From positions 1,216,001 to 1,280,000 of the forward strand of contig OZ252299.1 in the NCBI GenBank assembly GCA_965250285.1: a stretch of 64,000 nucleotides of DNA. Direction: 5' to 3'. The DNA comes from Myxococcota bacterium. Lineage in GTDB: Bacteria; Myxococcota_A; UBA9160; UBA4427. Below, one piece after another: positions 36,397-45,523 of the stretch (positions are counted from its first letter, which is position 1; each line of letters begins with the position of its first letter). The notes under the pieces were generated by a model, which saw only the letters and a list, made by a program, of their open reading frames with translations, ran no database searches and was not told the origin of the DNA. Made by a program: the position numbers and the translations under genes.

Positions 36397-36560
36397 GCGC
36401 GAGGTCGAACGGCCTCCGGCCGCGGCGACCGCATCGCCGCGCTCCTCCACAGATCGAATCGCTTCGACTGCGTGAACCCCGTCGTTGGGGCTCCGGTATG
36501 CTGACGCTCCCTTGGCCGGCGCCCGAGCGCGCGTCGGCTTGACCGTTCGCCGGAGTCGCC

Positions 36561-38384
36561 GTGCCTTTCTCCCCCCTCGAAGCGGATGCCCCCTTCACCC
36601 TGGGCGCGCAGCTCGATACGCGCGCAGCCCACCCCGAGCTCGCCGCACGTCCGTTCGCGGTGCACGATGACCGGGTCTGGTCGTATGCCGAGTACCGGGC
36701 CGAGGCGGTCCGCATCGCCGACTTCCTGCTCTCGCGCCTCGGCCGGCCGAGCTCATCGTCGCCGGGCCACGTCGCGATGCTGCTCGAGAATCACCTCGAG
36801 CTGCTCTCGCTGTACGCGGGGTGCGGCTACGCGGGCATGACGCTCTTCGGCATCAACACGGGCCTCGTCGGCGAGACGCTCGCGGGCGTCGTGAATCAGT
36901 CGCGGGCTCGGCTTCTCGTCGTCGATGAGAAGCTGCTGCCGCGCGTCGAGGCAGTGCTCGGCTCACTCGTGCACATCGACGAGCGAGACGTGCTCGTCGT
37001 TCCGACTCAGGGGGCGGCGATCTCGGCGGGGGAGCGCTTCGACGTTGCGCTCGAGCGCGAGTGTGGCCCGGTGTCGGTCGAGCGGCCGACACCCAAAGCA
37101 GACGTCTCGCCCGAGACGAATCTGATGGTCATCTATACGTCGGGTACGACCGGCCTGCCCAAGGGCATCAACAACAATCATGCGAAGCTGCTGATCATTG
37201 GCCGCACCGTGTCGGGCAATCTCGACCTCGGTGTCGACGATCGGGGCTACGCCTGCATGCCGCTCTTCCACTCGAACGCGATCTTTCTCGGTGTCATGCC
37301 GGCTTTCACCGTCGGGGCCTCGGTGGCGCTGCGCGAGCGGTTCAGCGCAAGCCGCTTCGTGCCCGACGTCTTCGAGCACGGCGTGACCTACTGGAACTAC
37401 GTGGGCGAGCCCGTGCACTACATCCTCGGGGCGATCGAGACGGCGACGGAAGGCGATCCGCAGCGCCTGCGCGCCGAGGTCACGCACCACCCGGCCAATC
37501 GGCTGCGCTACGCGGTTGGCAACGGCGCGTCCCCGCCCGATCTCGATCGATTCGTCGAGTGGCTCGGTCTCGACGACATGTTCGAGCTCTACGGCTCGAC
37601 CGAGGCCGCGATCAGCACGTTCCGGAAGCGAACCGACCCGCGCGGATCAGTCGGCGAGATCGCCGACGAGCGCGTGCAGATCCTGGCCGACGACGGCCGG
37701 GTGTGTCCGCCGGCGGAGCTCGATGCCGACGGCAAGATCACGAACTACGCCGATGCGGTCGGCGAGATCTGTCGCGTCGCCGAGGATACGGCGCTCTTTC
37801 AGGGCTACTTCGACAACGCCGACGCCAACGCGAGCAAGTTTCGCGATGGCATCTACCACTCGGGCGATCTCGGCCACGTGGTCGAGCGTGACGGACGCCG
37901 GTTCCTCTTCTTCGACGGACGGACCGATGACTGGATCCGCAAGGACGGCGAGAACTTCTCGGGCGCGCAGGTCGCTCGGCTCGCATCGGAGCACCCCGGT
38001 GTCGTCCTCGCCGCCGCGTACGGCGTGCCGTGCGCGGTGAGCGACGAGCTCGTCATGGTCGCGCTAAAGCTCGCACAAGGTGCGTCGTTCGACCCCCAAC
38101 AGTTCTTCGACGCGTGCGAGCGGCAGACCGAGCACGGCGGCATGGATCGCAAGTGGTTTCCGGACTTCGTTCGTGTGGTCGACGACTTCGAGTACACGCA
38201 GACCGAGAAGATCCTCGTGCGCAATCTGAAGAAGCAGCACTTCCACCCGGCGCGCGTCGCAGGCGATCCGGTCTGGTGGCGGGAGCGCAGCAGCACCTCG
38301 TACGCGGCCTTCACGCCGGCCGACTTCGAGCGATTGCGCGAGCGGTTCGTGGCGGCCGAGCGAGAAGACCTGCTCGAGCGCTAG
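36561..38384 (+). CDS. AMP-binding acyl-CoA synthetase
   Basis: IYTSGTTGLPKG, MPLFHSNA, ELYGSTE, YHSGDLG, GRTDDWIRKDGEN. Confidence 0.92.
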   Translation: MPFSPLEADAPFTLGAQLDTRAAHPELAARPFAVHDDRVWSYAEYRAEAVRIADFLLSRLGRPSSSSPGHVAMLLENHLELLSLYAGCGYAGMTLFGINTGLVGETLAGVVNQSRARLLVVDEKLLPRVEAVLGSLVHIDERDVLVVPTQGAAISAGERFDVALERECGPVSVERPTPKADVSPETNLMVIYTSGTTGLPKGINNNHAKLLIIGRTVSGNLDLGVDDRGYACMPLFHSNAIFLGVMPAFTVGASVALRERFSASRFVPDVFEHGVTYWNYVGEPVHYILGAIETATEGDPQRLRAEVTHHPANRLRYAVGNGASPPDLDRFVEWLGLDDMFELYGSTEAAISTFRKRTDPRGSVGEIADERVQILADDGRVCPPAELDADGKITNYADAVGEICRVAEDTALFQGYFDNADANASKFRDGIYHSGDLGHVVERDGRRFLFFDGRTDDWIRKDGENFSGAQVARLASEHPGVVLAAAYGVPCAVSDELVMVALKLAQGASFDPQQFFDACERQTEHGGMDRKWFPDFVRVVDDFEYTQTEKILVRNLKKQHFHPARVAGDPVWWRERSSTSYAAFTPADFERLRERFVAAEREDLLER

Positions 38385-38687
38385 GTTCGCAGCCGACCGA
38401 TCGCGTCGACGCCTTCGACGGGCCGTGCGGGCTCTTCGAGCGATCGGCAACCGATGCGCAACGCGAGTGCCGTGAAACGTCTGCGTCGATTTCGATCGTG
38501 TAATCGAGCGCGGACGCCGCGCTCGGTGGCGAGCCCTTGATCACGTCACGTCGAGTGGTTGCGTCGCGAGTTGCCTGCGTAGGTTTCGGCACGCGGGTTG
38601 CTTTCCTCATGGGCAGTGAATTTGCCCGTCCGCTGATGCGATCCGCACGCGCCGGCCGGGCCCCTGCGAGAGGGGAGAGTGGGACCC

Positions 38688-39200
38688 ATGATGCACGTCG
38701 AACCCGGATCATCCGATGCGACCGTTTCGGTATCGCAGCTCGTCACGACCAAGCAGCTCTTGGAGTCGGCGCTCGAACGCGCCGAGCATCTCGAGTACGA
38801 AGAGGCGCTGCCCCTGTTCGAGCAGCTGCTGAACCGCGACCCTCGCAGCGCGCGGCTGCGCAGCTACCACGCCCTCTGCCGTGCGGTCGCCGATCGACGC
38901 TTCGACGAAGGCCTCGAGCAGTGCCAGGCGGCCGCCAAGCAGGAGTTCTTCAACCCCGAGCTCTATCTGAACCTGGCCCGACTGCACCTGGCCTTCGGCT
39001 TCAAGGCCGAAGGGGTGCGCTTCGTGCGGCGCGGGCTCATGATCGATCCGGGCAACGAAGCGCTGTCGCAGGCGATGATCGACCTCGGTTCTCGCGTCTC
39101 CCCCGTGCTGTCGTTCCTGCCGCGCCGACATCCGCTGAATCGCCTGCTCGGGCGCGCACGGTCTCGCCTCGTGCGCATCGCGACGCCCGTCGCGGCCTGA
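38688..39200 (+). CDS. Tetratricopeptide-repeat protein
   Basis: YEEALPLFEQLLNRDP and NPELYLNLARLHL..RRGLMIDPGN TPR-like helices. Confidence 0.7.
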   Translation: MMHVEPGSSDATVSVSQLVTTKQLLESALERAEHLEYEEALPLFEQLLNRDPRSARLRSYHALCRAVADRRFDEGLEQCQAAAKQEFFNPELYLNLARLHLAFGFKAEGVRFVRRGLMIDPGNEALSQAMIDLGSRVSPVLSFLPRRHPLNRLLGRARSRLVRIATPVAA

Positions 39201-39254
39201 ACCCCAAGGGGTTCGTCCGCATTTCGGGCCCTGGCGGCGTCCCAAGCGGCTTCC

Positions 39255-39282
39255 TTGACTTCGCCGCGGCCATTCCTACACT
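39255..39282 (+). promoter_or_regulatory. Sigma70-like promoter upstream of the bS22-family gene
   Basis: TTGACT-16 nt-TACACT. Confidence 0.55.
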
Positions 39283-39514
39283 GCGGCCGTCGCGCGCATC
39301 GCGACCTGAGCGGGTGCCGTCTCGAGGGACGTGCCCGCGCCCCGTCTGCCGATCGACTTGGTTGCCCACCCGGCGTGTTTCTGCGCTGAGACAGCCTCGG
39401 TGTCGGTCGGGGGTGCGTTCACGATGTGCAAGAGTGATGGGACTCGCCGCGACTCGATCCAAGCGCCGGGTGTTCGACGACGACGTCGGGCCAGAGCGCG
39501 AGAAAGGAGCCCGC

Positions 39515-39601
39515 GTGGGCAGCGTGATCAAGAAGCGCCGAAAGAAGATGCGCAAGCACAAGCAGCGCAAGCTTCTCAAGCGACAGCGCCACAAGAAGTA
39601 G
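39515..39601 (+). CDS. 30S ribosomal protein bS22 / AURKAIP1-COX24 family (28 aa)
   Basis: GTG start with AAGGAG RBS; MGSVIKKRRKKMRKHKQRKLLKRQRHKK. Confidence 0.88.
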   Translation: MGSVIKKRRKKMRKHKQRKLLKRQRHKK

Positions 39602-40314
39602 TCGTCGCCCGCGTTTCGGGTGTGAATGCACCCTGACCAGAGCCGAGCGTTGCCACGCATCTCTCGAGCCGGGTCGAACGTGGCGACGCGTGAAACGCAC
39701 GACGCACCCGCCCGACCGACTCTGTCGTGTCGTGCAGGTCGAGAACGGACGGTCGGCGGGGTCGACTGCGCATTGCGCAGGGCCTCTGCAGCCGTCCGTT
39801 CGTCGTTTGAGGCGGCGAAGGTCGAGGGGAGCACGCCCCAACCGGCCCATGCGCAGCGAAGTGCATCCCCGGCCGCAACGGTTCGGCGCCTTCGCCCCCC
39901 CCGACTCCCAGCCATCTCTGCACCTGCACCTGTACCTGCGCGTCCACACCGATGAACGCGCTGCGTCGTGAACCCTTCGAGTGATCGTGCGGTCGATGCC
40001 CGCCCTTTGTTTCACGCACACGTTGATCGATGCGAATGCGAATCGAACGCGCGCAGTGGCGCTTCGAATGCGCTCGGTGTGCTTCCTTCTTCTTTTCGAA
40101 CGTGTTTCGACTCGTACTTTTCGTGTGCGTTGGCGTTCGAACGCGTTGACTGCGCGCACGCCGATGTGCGCTTCATGTTTTCTTTGCAACTCATTGAACG
40201 AACAAGCAAAACCCTTTGCGCGACACACGATGCGGAACACACTCGTTGCGCTCGATTCTGGTTCGTCGGCCGCAGTTCACACGTCTATCCACTTGTTTTT
40301 TTTGGGGTATCGAC

Positions 40315-40344
40315 TTGACGCCCGCGAAAATTCGGTGTTAGCGT
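40315..40344 (+). promoter_or_regulatory. Candidate sigma70 promoter with upstream T-tract for the Lys-rich gene
   Basis: TTGACG-18 nt-TAGCGT, preceded by a T8 run (UP-element-like). Confidence 0.4.
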
Positions 40345-40557
40345 CACTCGCAACAACCGCTCTAGGGCCGCGGATTGTGATGAGAACGTCGGGCGACTGA
40401 TGGTCGTTTGGTTTCAAGTCACCCACGCCGCACTCCGATAGGAGATCAGCACACGGTTTGGCATTTTCCGTCGCAATCGGTCGACCGAGCTCGGTTCGGT
40501 CGGGCGAGCGGGATGGGGACCGTGGCTCTACGAGTATGAAAGGGGGGTGACCCACCC

Positions 40558-40839
40558 ATGGCAGCTCGCAAGAAGAAGGCAACGAAGAAGAAGGCCGCCA
40601 AGCGCAAGGCCGGCAAGAAGAAGGCTTCGCGCAAGAAGAAGGCGACCAAGAAGAAGGCCTCCAAGAAGAAGGCCCGCAAGAAGGCCTCGAAGAAGAAGGC
40701 CCGCAAGAAGGCCTCCAAGAAGAAGGCCGGCAAGAAGAAGGCCGCCAAGCGCCGAAAGAAGGCGGCCAAGAAGAAGGCTGGCAAGAAGAAGGCGTCGCGC
40801 AAGAAGGCGTCGCGGAAGAAGGCCCGCCGCAAGAAGTAG
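40558..40839 (+). CDS. Histone H1-like/protamine-like Lys-Ala-Arg-rich protein (93 aa)
   Basis: KKKAx repeats; GAAAGGGGGG RBS; Lys encoded by AAG; own terminator. Confidence 0.8.
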   Translation: MAARKKKATKKKAAKRKAGKKKASRKKKATKKKASKKKARKKASKKKARKKASKKKAGKKKAAKRRKKAAKKKAGKKKASRKKASRKKARRKK

Positions 40840-40886
40840 CTCGCTGCTTCGAGCAAGCGAGGGGTCTCTCCTCGCCAGGAGCCTAT

Positions 40887-40926
40887 GGGCCCCGGCCGGC
40901 GCAAGCCGGCCGGGGTTTCCTTCTTT
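40887..40926 (+). terminator. Rho-independent terminator
   Basis: CCCCGGCCGGC-GCAA-GCCGGCCGGGG then TTTCCTTCTTT. Confidence 0.8.
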
Positions 40927-41137
40927 GGGCGCCCTTCGTGCGCGCCCGCGCTGCGGGCGGGCGTTTTGACGGCTGCAGGCGGCTGGCCTAGATTCCCGAT
41001 CTCCGCCCCGGTTGTCCCGCGGGGCAAATCGACGACACCGACTCACTCACGAATCCACGTCGCAACGCGTCCGGCGACGGCCGACGCGATCGACCTCCGA
41101 TCCGTGCCTTCGAAACTCCGAACCGAGGAACGCCGCC

Positions 41138-41446
41138 ATGGCCCGAATCACCATCGAAGACTGCATCGAGAAGGTGCCGAACCGCTTTCACCTGGTGCAG
41201 ATGACCGCCATTCGCGCGAAGCAGCTGAAGCGCGGCGCCCAGTCGCTCGTCGACGGCGACGACAACAAGGAGGTCGTGACGGCGCTCCGCGAGATCGCGG
41301 CCGGCCACGTCACGCCCGACGATGAGGCACCCATCGAGCCCACAGCCGAGGCCGCCGCAGCGCCCGTCGAGACGGCCCCCGTCGCCGAGGCCGCGCCGAC
41401 CGCCGAGCCGGCCGCGAGCGAAGAGCCGCCGCCCAGCGAGGCCTGA
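41138..41446 (+). CDS. rpoZ: RNA polymerase omega subunit
   Basis: MARITIEDC..VPNRFHLV..AIRAKQL..KEVVTALREIAAG; GAGGA RBS; Ala/Pro/Glu tail. Confidence 0.95.
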   Translation: MARITIEDCIEKVPNRFHLVQMTAIRAKQLKRGAQSLVDGDDNKEVVTALREIAAGHVTPDDEAPIEPTAEAAAAPVETAPVAEAAPTAEPAASEEPPPSEA

Positions 41447-41477
41447 TCGTCGACAGGGCAGGGCGCGTTGCAGCGCT

Positions 41478-41532
41478 CCCGAAACGTCGAAGGGGCGAGC
41501 CGCCGAGCGGCTCGCCCCTTCGACGTTTCGGG
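41478..41532. terminator. Perfect 26-bp inverted repeat between convergent genes (probable bidirectional terminator)
   Basis: CCCGAAACGTCGAAGGGGCGAGCCGC-CGA-GCGGCTCGCCCCTTCGACGTTTCGGG. Confidence 0.75.
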
Positions 41533-41547
41533 TCTCGCGTGATCCGG

Positions 41548-42822
41548 TCAGGCCGTCTGGGGCTGCACCGGCAGCGTAAAGCGGGCCACCGTGCCTTCAC
41601 CCGCCTCGCTGCGCAGCGAGCACTCGCCGCCCATCAGCGTACAAAGGTCGCGAACCAGCGTGAGGCCGAGGCCGGCGCCGCGGTAGCGCGCCGATGCGCG
41701 GTCGTCGACCTGGTAGAACTCGTCGAAGACGTAGGGCTGATCGTCGGGGCAGATGCCGATGCCCGTATCTTCGATCTCGCACACGAGTTCGCCGTCGACG
41801 ACCTCGCCGCGGATCGTCACCGATCCCTTCGTCGTGAACTTGGCTGCGTTCTCGAGCATGAGGAAGAGGATCTGGTTGACCTTGGTGAGGTCGGTCCGGA
41901 TCTTCGGGAACGGCTCTTCGATCTGCTTCTGGATCGTGACCGGTCGCCCCTCGAGCTCGTCCTGCACGCTGAAGATCGCCTCGTCGATGACTTCCGAGAA
42001 GTTGACCTCCTGCACCTCGAGGTCGAGCTCGCCCTGCTTGATCTTCCACAGGTCGAGGATGTTCTGCAGCGTGCGCTGAAAAGCCGTGCCCTGATCGAGG
42101 GCACCCCGCAGCTGTGTCTTGGCCGACTCGCTGATGTTCTCGTTCTCGCCGGCGAGCACCGCGATAATGGCTTCGATGATGCTGTTGAGCGGCGTCCGCA
42201 GCTCGCGCGACATCTTCTCGATGAAGTCGCTCTTCATCTTCTCGACGCGACCGAGCTCTTCGTTGTTGCGCAGCAGCTCGATGTCCTGGGCGAAGAGCGT
42301 CTCACTCATCTTCAGGAGCTCGTCGTTCTTCTCGTCGGCGACATTCGACTGATCGAACAGCTCTTGCTCGAGGGCTTCGACGCGTTCCTGGAGGCGCGCG
42401 TGATCGAGATGGATGGCGGTCGACCGGGCGAGGTCTTCGAGTGCGGCCTGCCCGTGCTCGGCGGCCGACGCGGGCAGCCCGACGACGAGTAGGCCATGGG
42501 GGTGCCCGCGCTCGGAGAGCGGGATCATCAGTACGCCCCCCTGGCCGCGGGGGCCCATCTGCGGAGGCGCACCGGCCTGGGTCGTGTGCTCACCGGACAG
42601 CGCGGTTCGAATCGAAGAAGCGAGGGCTTCGGCTGAGCCGCGCGCGTCGTCGAGCGACGCGAAGCCTGCCGCGGCGCGCAGTCGAGGCAGACCGATCTGG
42701 CGATCGTCCCCCGGCAGGAACGCAAAGAGCAGGCTCGCACCGCCGCCCACGACCTCAGCCGCGCGAGACGCGGTGGCCCGAAGCGCACCGTTCAGCCTTT
42801 CGAGGGATTCGGGCCCGGCCAT
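41548..42822 (-). CDS. GAF-like sensor/HATPase histidine-kinase-like protein lacking the phosphoacceptor His
   Basis: H box reads MSRELRTPLNSI; ENAAKFT, DTGIGI and GAGLGL boxes present. Confidence 0.85.
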   Translation of the reverse strand: MAGPESLERLNGALRATASRAAEVVGGGASLLFAFLPGDDRQIGLPRLRAAAGFASLDDARGSAEALASSIRTALSGEHTTQAGAPPQMGPRGQGGVLMIPLSERGHPHGLLVVGLPASAAEHGQAALEDLARSTAIHLDHARLQERVEALEQELFDQSNVADEKNDELLKMSETLFAQDIELLRNNEELGRVEKMKSDFIEKMSRELRTPLNSIIEAIIAVLAGENENISESAKTQLRGALDQGTAFQRTLQNILDLWKIKQGELDLEVQEVNFSEVIDEAIFSVQDELEGRPVTIQKQIEEPFPKIRTDLTKVNQILFLMLENAAKFTTKGSVTIRGEVVDGELVCEIEDTGIGICPDDQPYVFDEFYQVDDRASARYRGAGLGLTLVRDLCTLMGGECSLRSEAGEGTVARFTLPVQPQTA

Positions 42823-42971
42823 CGCCGCGTTCGTGCCTCCTGCTTCTGCCGTGGTCGCGCGTCGCGACGGTTGCCTCGGTCGGGCCGCTCTCTGCGGCCG
42901 GGGCCCTCTCGGGCCGGGTCCGTTTGACTCATTCGCGAACCATGGAGCAACGCCGCTCCGCGATCCGCCGG

Positions 42972-44114
42972 CTAGAACCGGTCGTCCGGTTCGATCTCGA
43001 AGGGCGCCTCGGGCTTCTCGACCTCGGGCGCGTCTTCGAAGTCGCCCTCCATCTCGAGCTTGGTCTGGAAGTCTGCCGGGTTCGAAGCCGCGTTGAGCGC
43101 CGTCTCCACCGAGATCTTGTTCGCCCGCAGCAGGTCGAGCAGATGCTGGTCGAACGTCTGCATGCGATCGCCGCGGCCTCGCGCGATGAACTCGCTCATC
43201 TCGTGTGTGCGGGCGGGGTCCTTGATGCACTCTTGAATCGATCGGGTCGAGCGCATGATCTCGATCGCGGGGACGCGACCGTTCTGCTTCTTGTTGACGA
43301 GCAGACGCAGCGAGATGATCGCCTTGAGGTTGTCCGCCAGGCGCGCGCGCACCTGAAGCTGCTCTTCGGTCGGGAAGAACGAAACGAGGCGCCCGATCGT
43401 CGAGGCGACGTCGGCCGTGTGGATCGTCGAGAAGACGAGATGGCCGGTCTCCGCCGCCTTGAGCGACGTGTCGACGGTCTCGAGATCGCGCATCTCGCCG
43501 ACCATGATGCAGTCGGGATCCTGGCGCAGCGCGGCGCGCAGGGCGTTCGGGAACGACTCGGTATCCATCCCGATCTCGCGCTGCGTGATGATCGCCTTCT
43601 CCTGCTCGAAGACGAACTCGATCGGGTCTTCGATCGTGACGATCTTGCACTTCCGCTGGCGGTTGATCTCGTTGATCATCGTCGCGAGCGTGGTCGACTT
43701 GCCCATACCGGTCGCACCGGTCACGAGCACGAAGCCGCGGCGCAGTCGCGAGATGTCGGCGAGCACGCCGGGCAGGTTGAGGTCGCCGAAGGTCTTGATC
43801 GTCGGCGGAATCACGCGGAGCACGACGTTCAGATTGCGTCGCTGCCTCGAGATGTTGACTCGGAATCGGCCTTCGCCGGGCAGCTCGTAGGCGAGGTCGA
43901 GCTCGTTGAGCTCGGGGCTCCGCTTGAGCGGATCGGTCTCGATGAGCATCTGGACGATCTGCTCGGTGTCCTCCGGTGTGAGGACCTTGTACTTGAGCTC
44001 GACCAGTTCACCGTGGAACCGATACAGCGGGAGATATCCCACCTGGAAGTGGATATCGGACGCGCCTTTCTCCAGACCCAGCCGGAGCAGACGGTGCAGC
44101 TTGTCGCGATCCAT
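42972..44114 (-). CDS. PilT/PilU-family type IV pilus retraction ATPase
   Basis: GASDIHF, GATGMGKSTT, TIEDPIE, RQDPDCIMVGEMRD, ETGHLVFSTIHT, MQTFDQ; AIRNLIRE motif diverged (SIQECIKD). Confidence 0.93.
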   Translation of the reverse strand: MDRDKLHRLLRLGLEKGASDIHFQVGYLPLYRFHGELVELKYKVLTPEDTEQIVQMLIETDPLKRSPELNELDLAYELPGEGRFRVNISRQRRNLNVVLRVIPPTIKTFGDLNLPGVLADISRLRRGFVLVTGATGMGKSTTLATMINEINRQRKCKIVTIEDPIEFVFEQEKAIITQREIGMDTESFPNALRAALRQDPDCIMVGEMRDLETVDTSLKAAETGHLVFSTIHTADVASTIGRLVSFFPTEEQLQVRARLADNLKAIISLRLLVNKKQNGRVPAIEIMRSTRSIQECIKDPARTHEMSEFIARGRGDRMQTFDQHLLDLLRANKISVETALNAASNPADFQTKLEMEGDFEDAPEVEKPEAPFEIEPDDRF

Positions 44115-44450
44115 CGCCGATCTACCCTCCTCAGGACCCGGCGAGCGATGCGCGGGCGAGGATGACGAGAGACCTATCGGATCGCCGAGAGGCCGCCTGT
44201 AGCGGATCTTGCGTCTTCGACTCGTGCAGTCGTGAAGATCGCGACCCACCGTCGCGGCGAGCAGGCGTTGCCCGCCTTGGGGCGGCGACGGGCTATGCTG
44301 GCCCGCCGGGCGGCGGTGCGAAGCGGGTGGGGGACGCCCGTGATGCGAGCGCACGCAGCGCTTCGAGCGGCGCAACGGCGGACCGGGCGAGCGTGTGACC
44401 CGGCGAGGGAGACGAGCAGCGTGAGACTTCGACGGGCAGCGCCTCGCGGC

Positions 44451-45098
44451 GTGCGCATCGCGGTGGACGATTCGCGTGTCGCCGGAACGCGGCGCTGGAT
44501 CGGCTTCGCCGCCCTCGTGTGCGCGTGCGCGTGCGGACCGCTCGGCGTGGCCGTCGCTCAGGTTCCGCTCGGCGACGACCGGGTGGAGGCAGCCGCCGAA
44601 GGCGAAGCCGAACCGGCCCCGCAGTCGGACGCGGCCACCCCATCGACCGAATCGGCGCCCGTGCCCGGCGCTGACGCTCCGCCGCCGAGTGGCGGCGCGC
44701 CGCCCCCCTCCGGCGCCAGCGACGTCGGGCTCGACCAGCTTCTTCGCTTGCCGAACAGCCTCGACTTCAAGGAAGAGCGCCGCGGCGGAGGGGGCGCCGC
44801 CGACTGGCGACGCCGCTTCGCCGAGAGCGAGCTCGCCGTGCTCGAGGCACGAAAGAAGCTCGATGAGGCCGAGATCGCGCTGTCCGAAGCCGGGACGGCT
44901 GGCGGCGGGCAGTGGCAGATCGCGCCGCCGGGTCAGCAGGCGAGCAGCGAGGCGGGACCGATCAGCATCAAGCTGCGCGAGGATCTGCGCCGAGCCCGGA
45001 CCGGGCTCGAAGAGGCCGAACGCCAGCACCGGGCCCTCGTGGTCGAGGCCGACCTCGCCGAGGTGCCGATGGCCTGGCGCCAGAACGGCGTCCGCTAG
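44451..45098 (+). CDS. Hypothetical exported protein with Pro/Ala linker and coiled coil
   Basis: Signal-peptide-like segment, low-complexity linker, WRRRF..coiled coil..AEVPMAWR; start uncertain. Confidence 0.55.
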   Translation: MRIAVDDSRVAGTRRWIGFAALVCACACGPLGVAVAQVPLGDDRVEAAAEGEAEPAPQSDAATPSTESAPVPGADAPPPSGGAPPPSGASDVGLDQLLRLPNSLDFKEERRGGGGAADWRRRFAESELAVLEARKKLDEAEIALSEAGTAGGGQWQIAPPGQQASSEAGPISIKLREDLRRARTGLEEAERQHRALVVEADLAEVPMAWRQNGVR

Positions 45099-45276
45099 AC
45101 CGCGCGAGGCGCGCCCCTCGCAACCGTTCGCTGCACGACCGGCCGATTTGCGGGGCAGGGGCCCCCGGCTACACTGCGCGCGCCCGGCGAGGAGGATCTA
45201 TCCGTCCCGCGGGGCATTCTCAGCCCGATTTCCGCGCGTCGACGCGTTCGACGTGCGAAGCAGCGAGGAAGCCAGC

Positions 45277-45459
45277 ATGCCGCTCGACGACATTCCGGAG
45301 CGAACCCAGGAAGAGCTCGACAACGGACCGACCCCGAACGGCGATGCCGCCTCGTGGGCCTACGTCCTCGGCGGGCTTCCGATGATGGTTGTCTTCTTCG
45401 TCGTGATGTTCGGTCTCGTCGGGTCGTGCGACCGGATCGACGTGCTGCTGCCCGGCTGA
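45277..45459 (+). CDS. Small single-TM protein (60 aa)
   Basis: GAGGA RBS; MPLDDIPERTQEELDNG..WAYVLGGLPMMVVFFVVMFGLVGSCD; promoter-like TTGCGG-16-TACACT at 45148-45175. Confidence 0.6.
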   Translation: MPLDDIPERTQEELDNGPTPNGDAASWAYVLGGLPMMVVFFVVMFGLVGSCDRIDVLLPG

Positions 45460-45482
45460 TCGCGCACCGCTCGCTCGGTCAC

Positions 45483-45523
45483 CGACGCCCCCGCTCCGAT
45501 CCGGAGCGGGGGCGTCGTCGTTT
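45483..45523 (+). terminator. Rho-independent terminator
   Basis: 16-bp stem CGACGCCCCCGCTCCG-ATC-CGGAGCGGGGGCGTCG then TCGTTT. Confidence 0.65.

Noticed and set aside
39918..39939. (CTGCAC)-like hexamer repeated about 3.5 times
   Set aside because: Too short and imperfect to support a contingency locus
40285..40293. DnaA-box-like CTATCCACT suggesting oriC
   Set aside because: Single box with two mismatches; no cluster and no dnaA/parAB context
39419..40400. Several 76-273-aa ORFs in the AT-richer spacer
   Set aside because: Atypical codon usage, no clear RBS and no recognisable domains
40446..41046. Minus-strand repetitive hydrophobic ORFs (AFFL / GLLL repeats)
   Set aside because: Mirror of the AAG-rich gene; RBS and terminator support the plus strand
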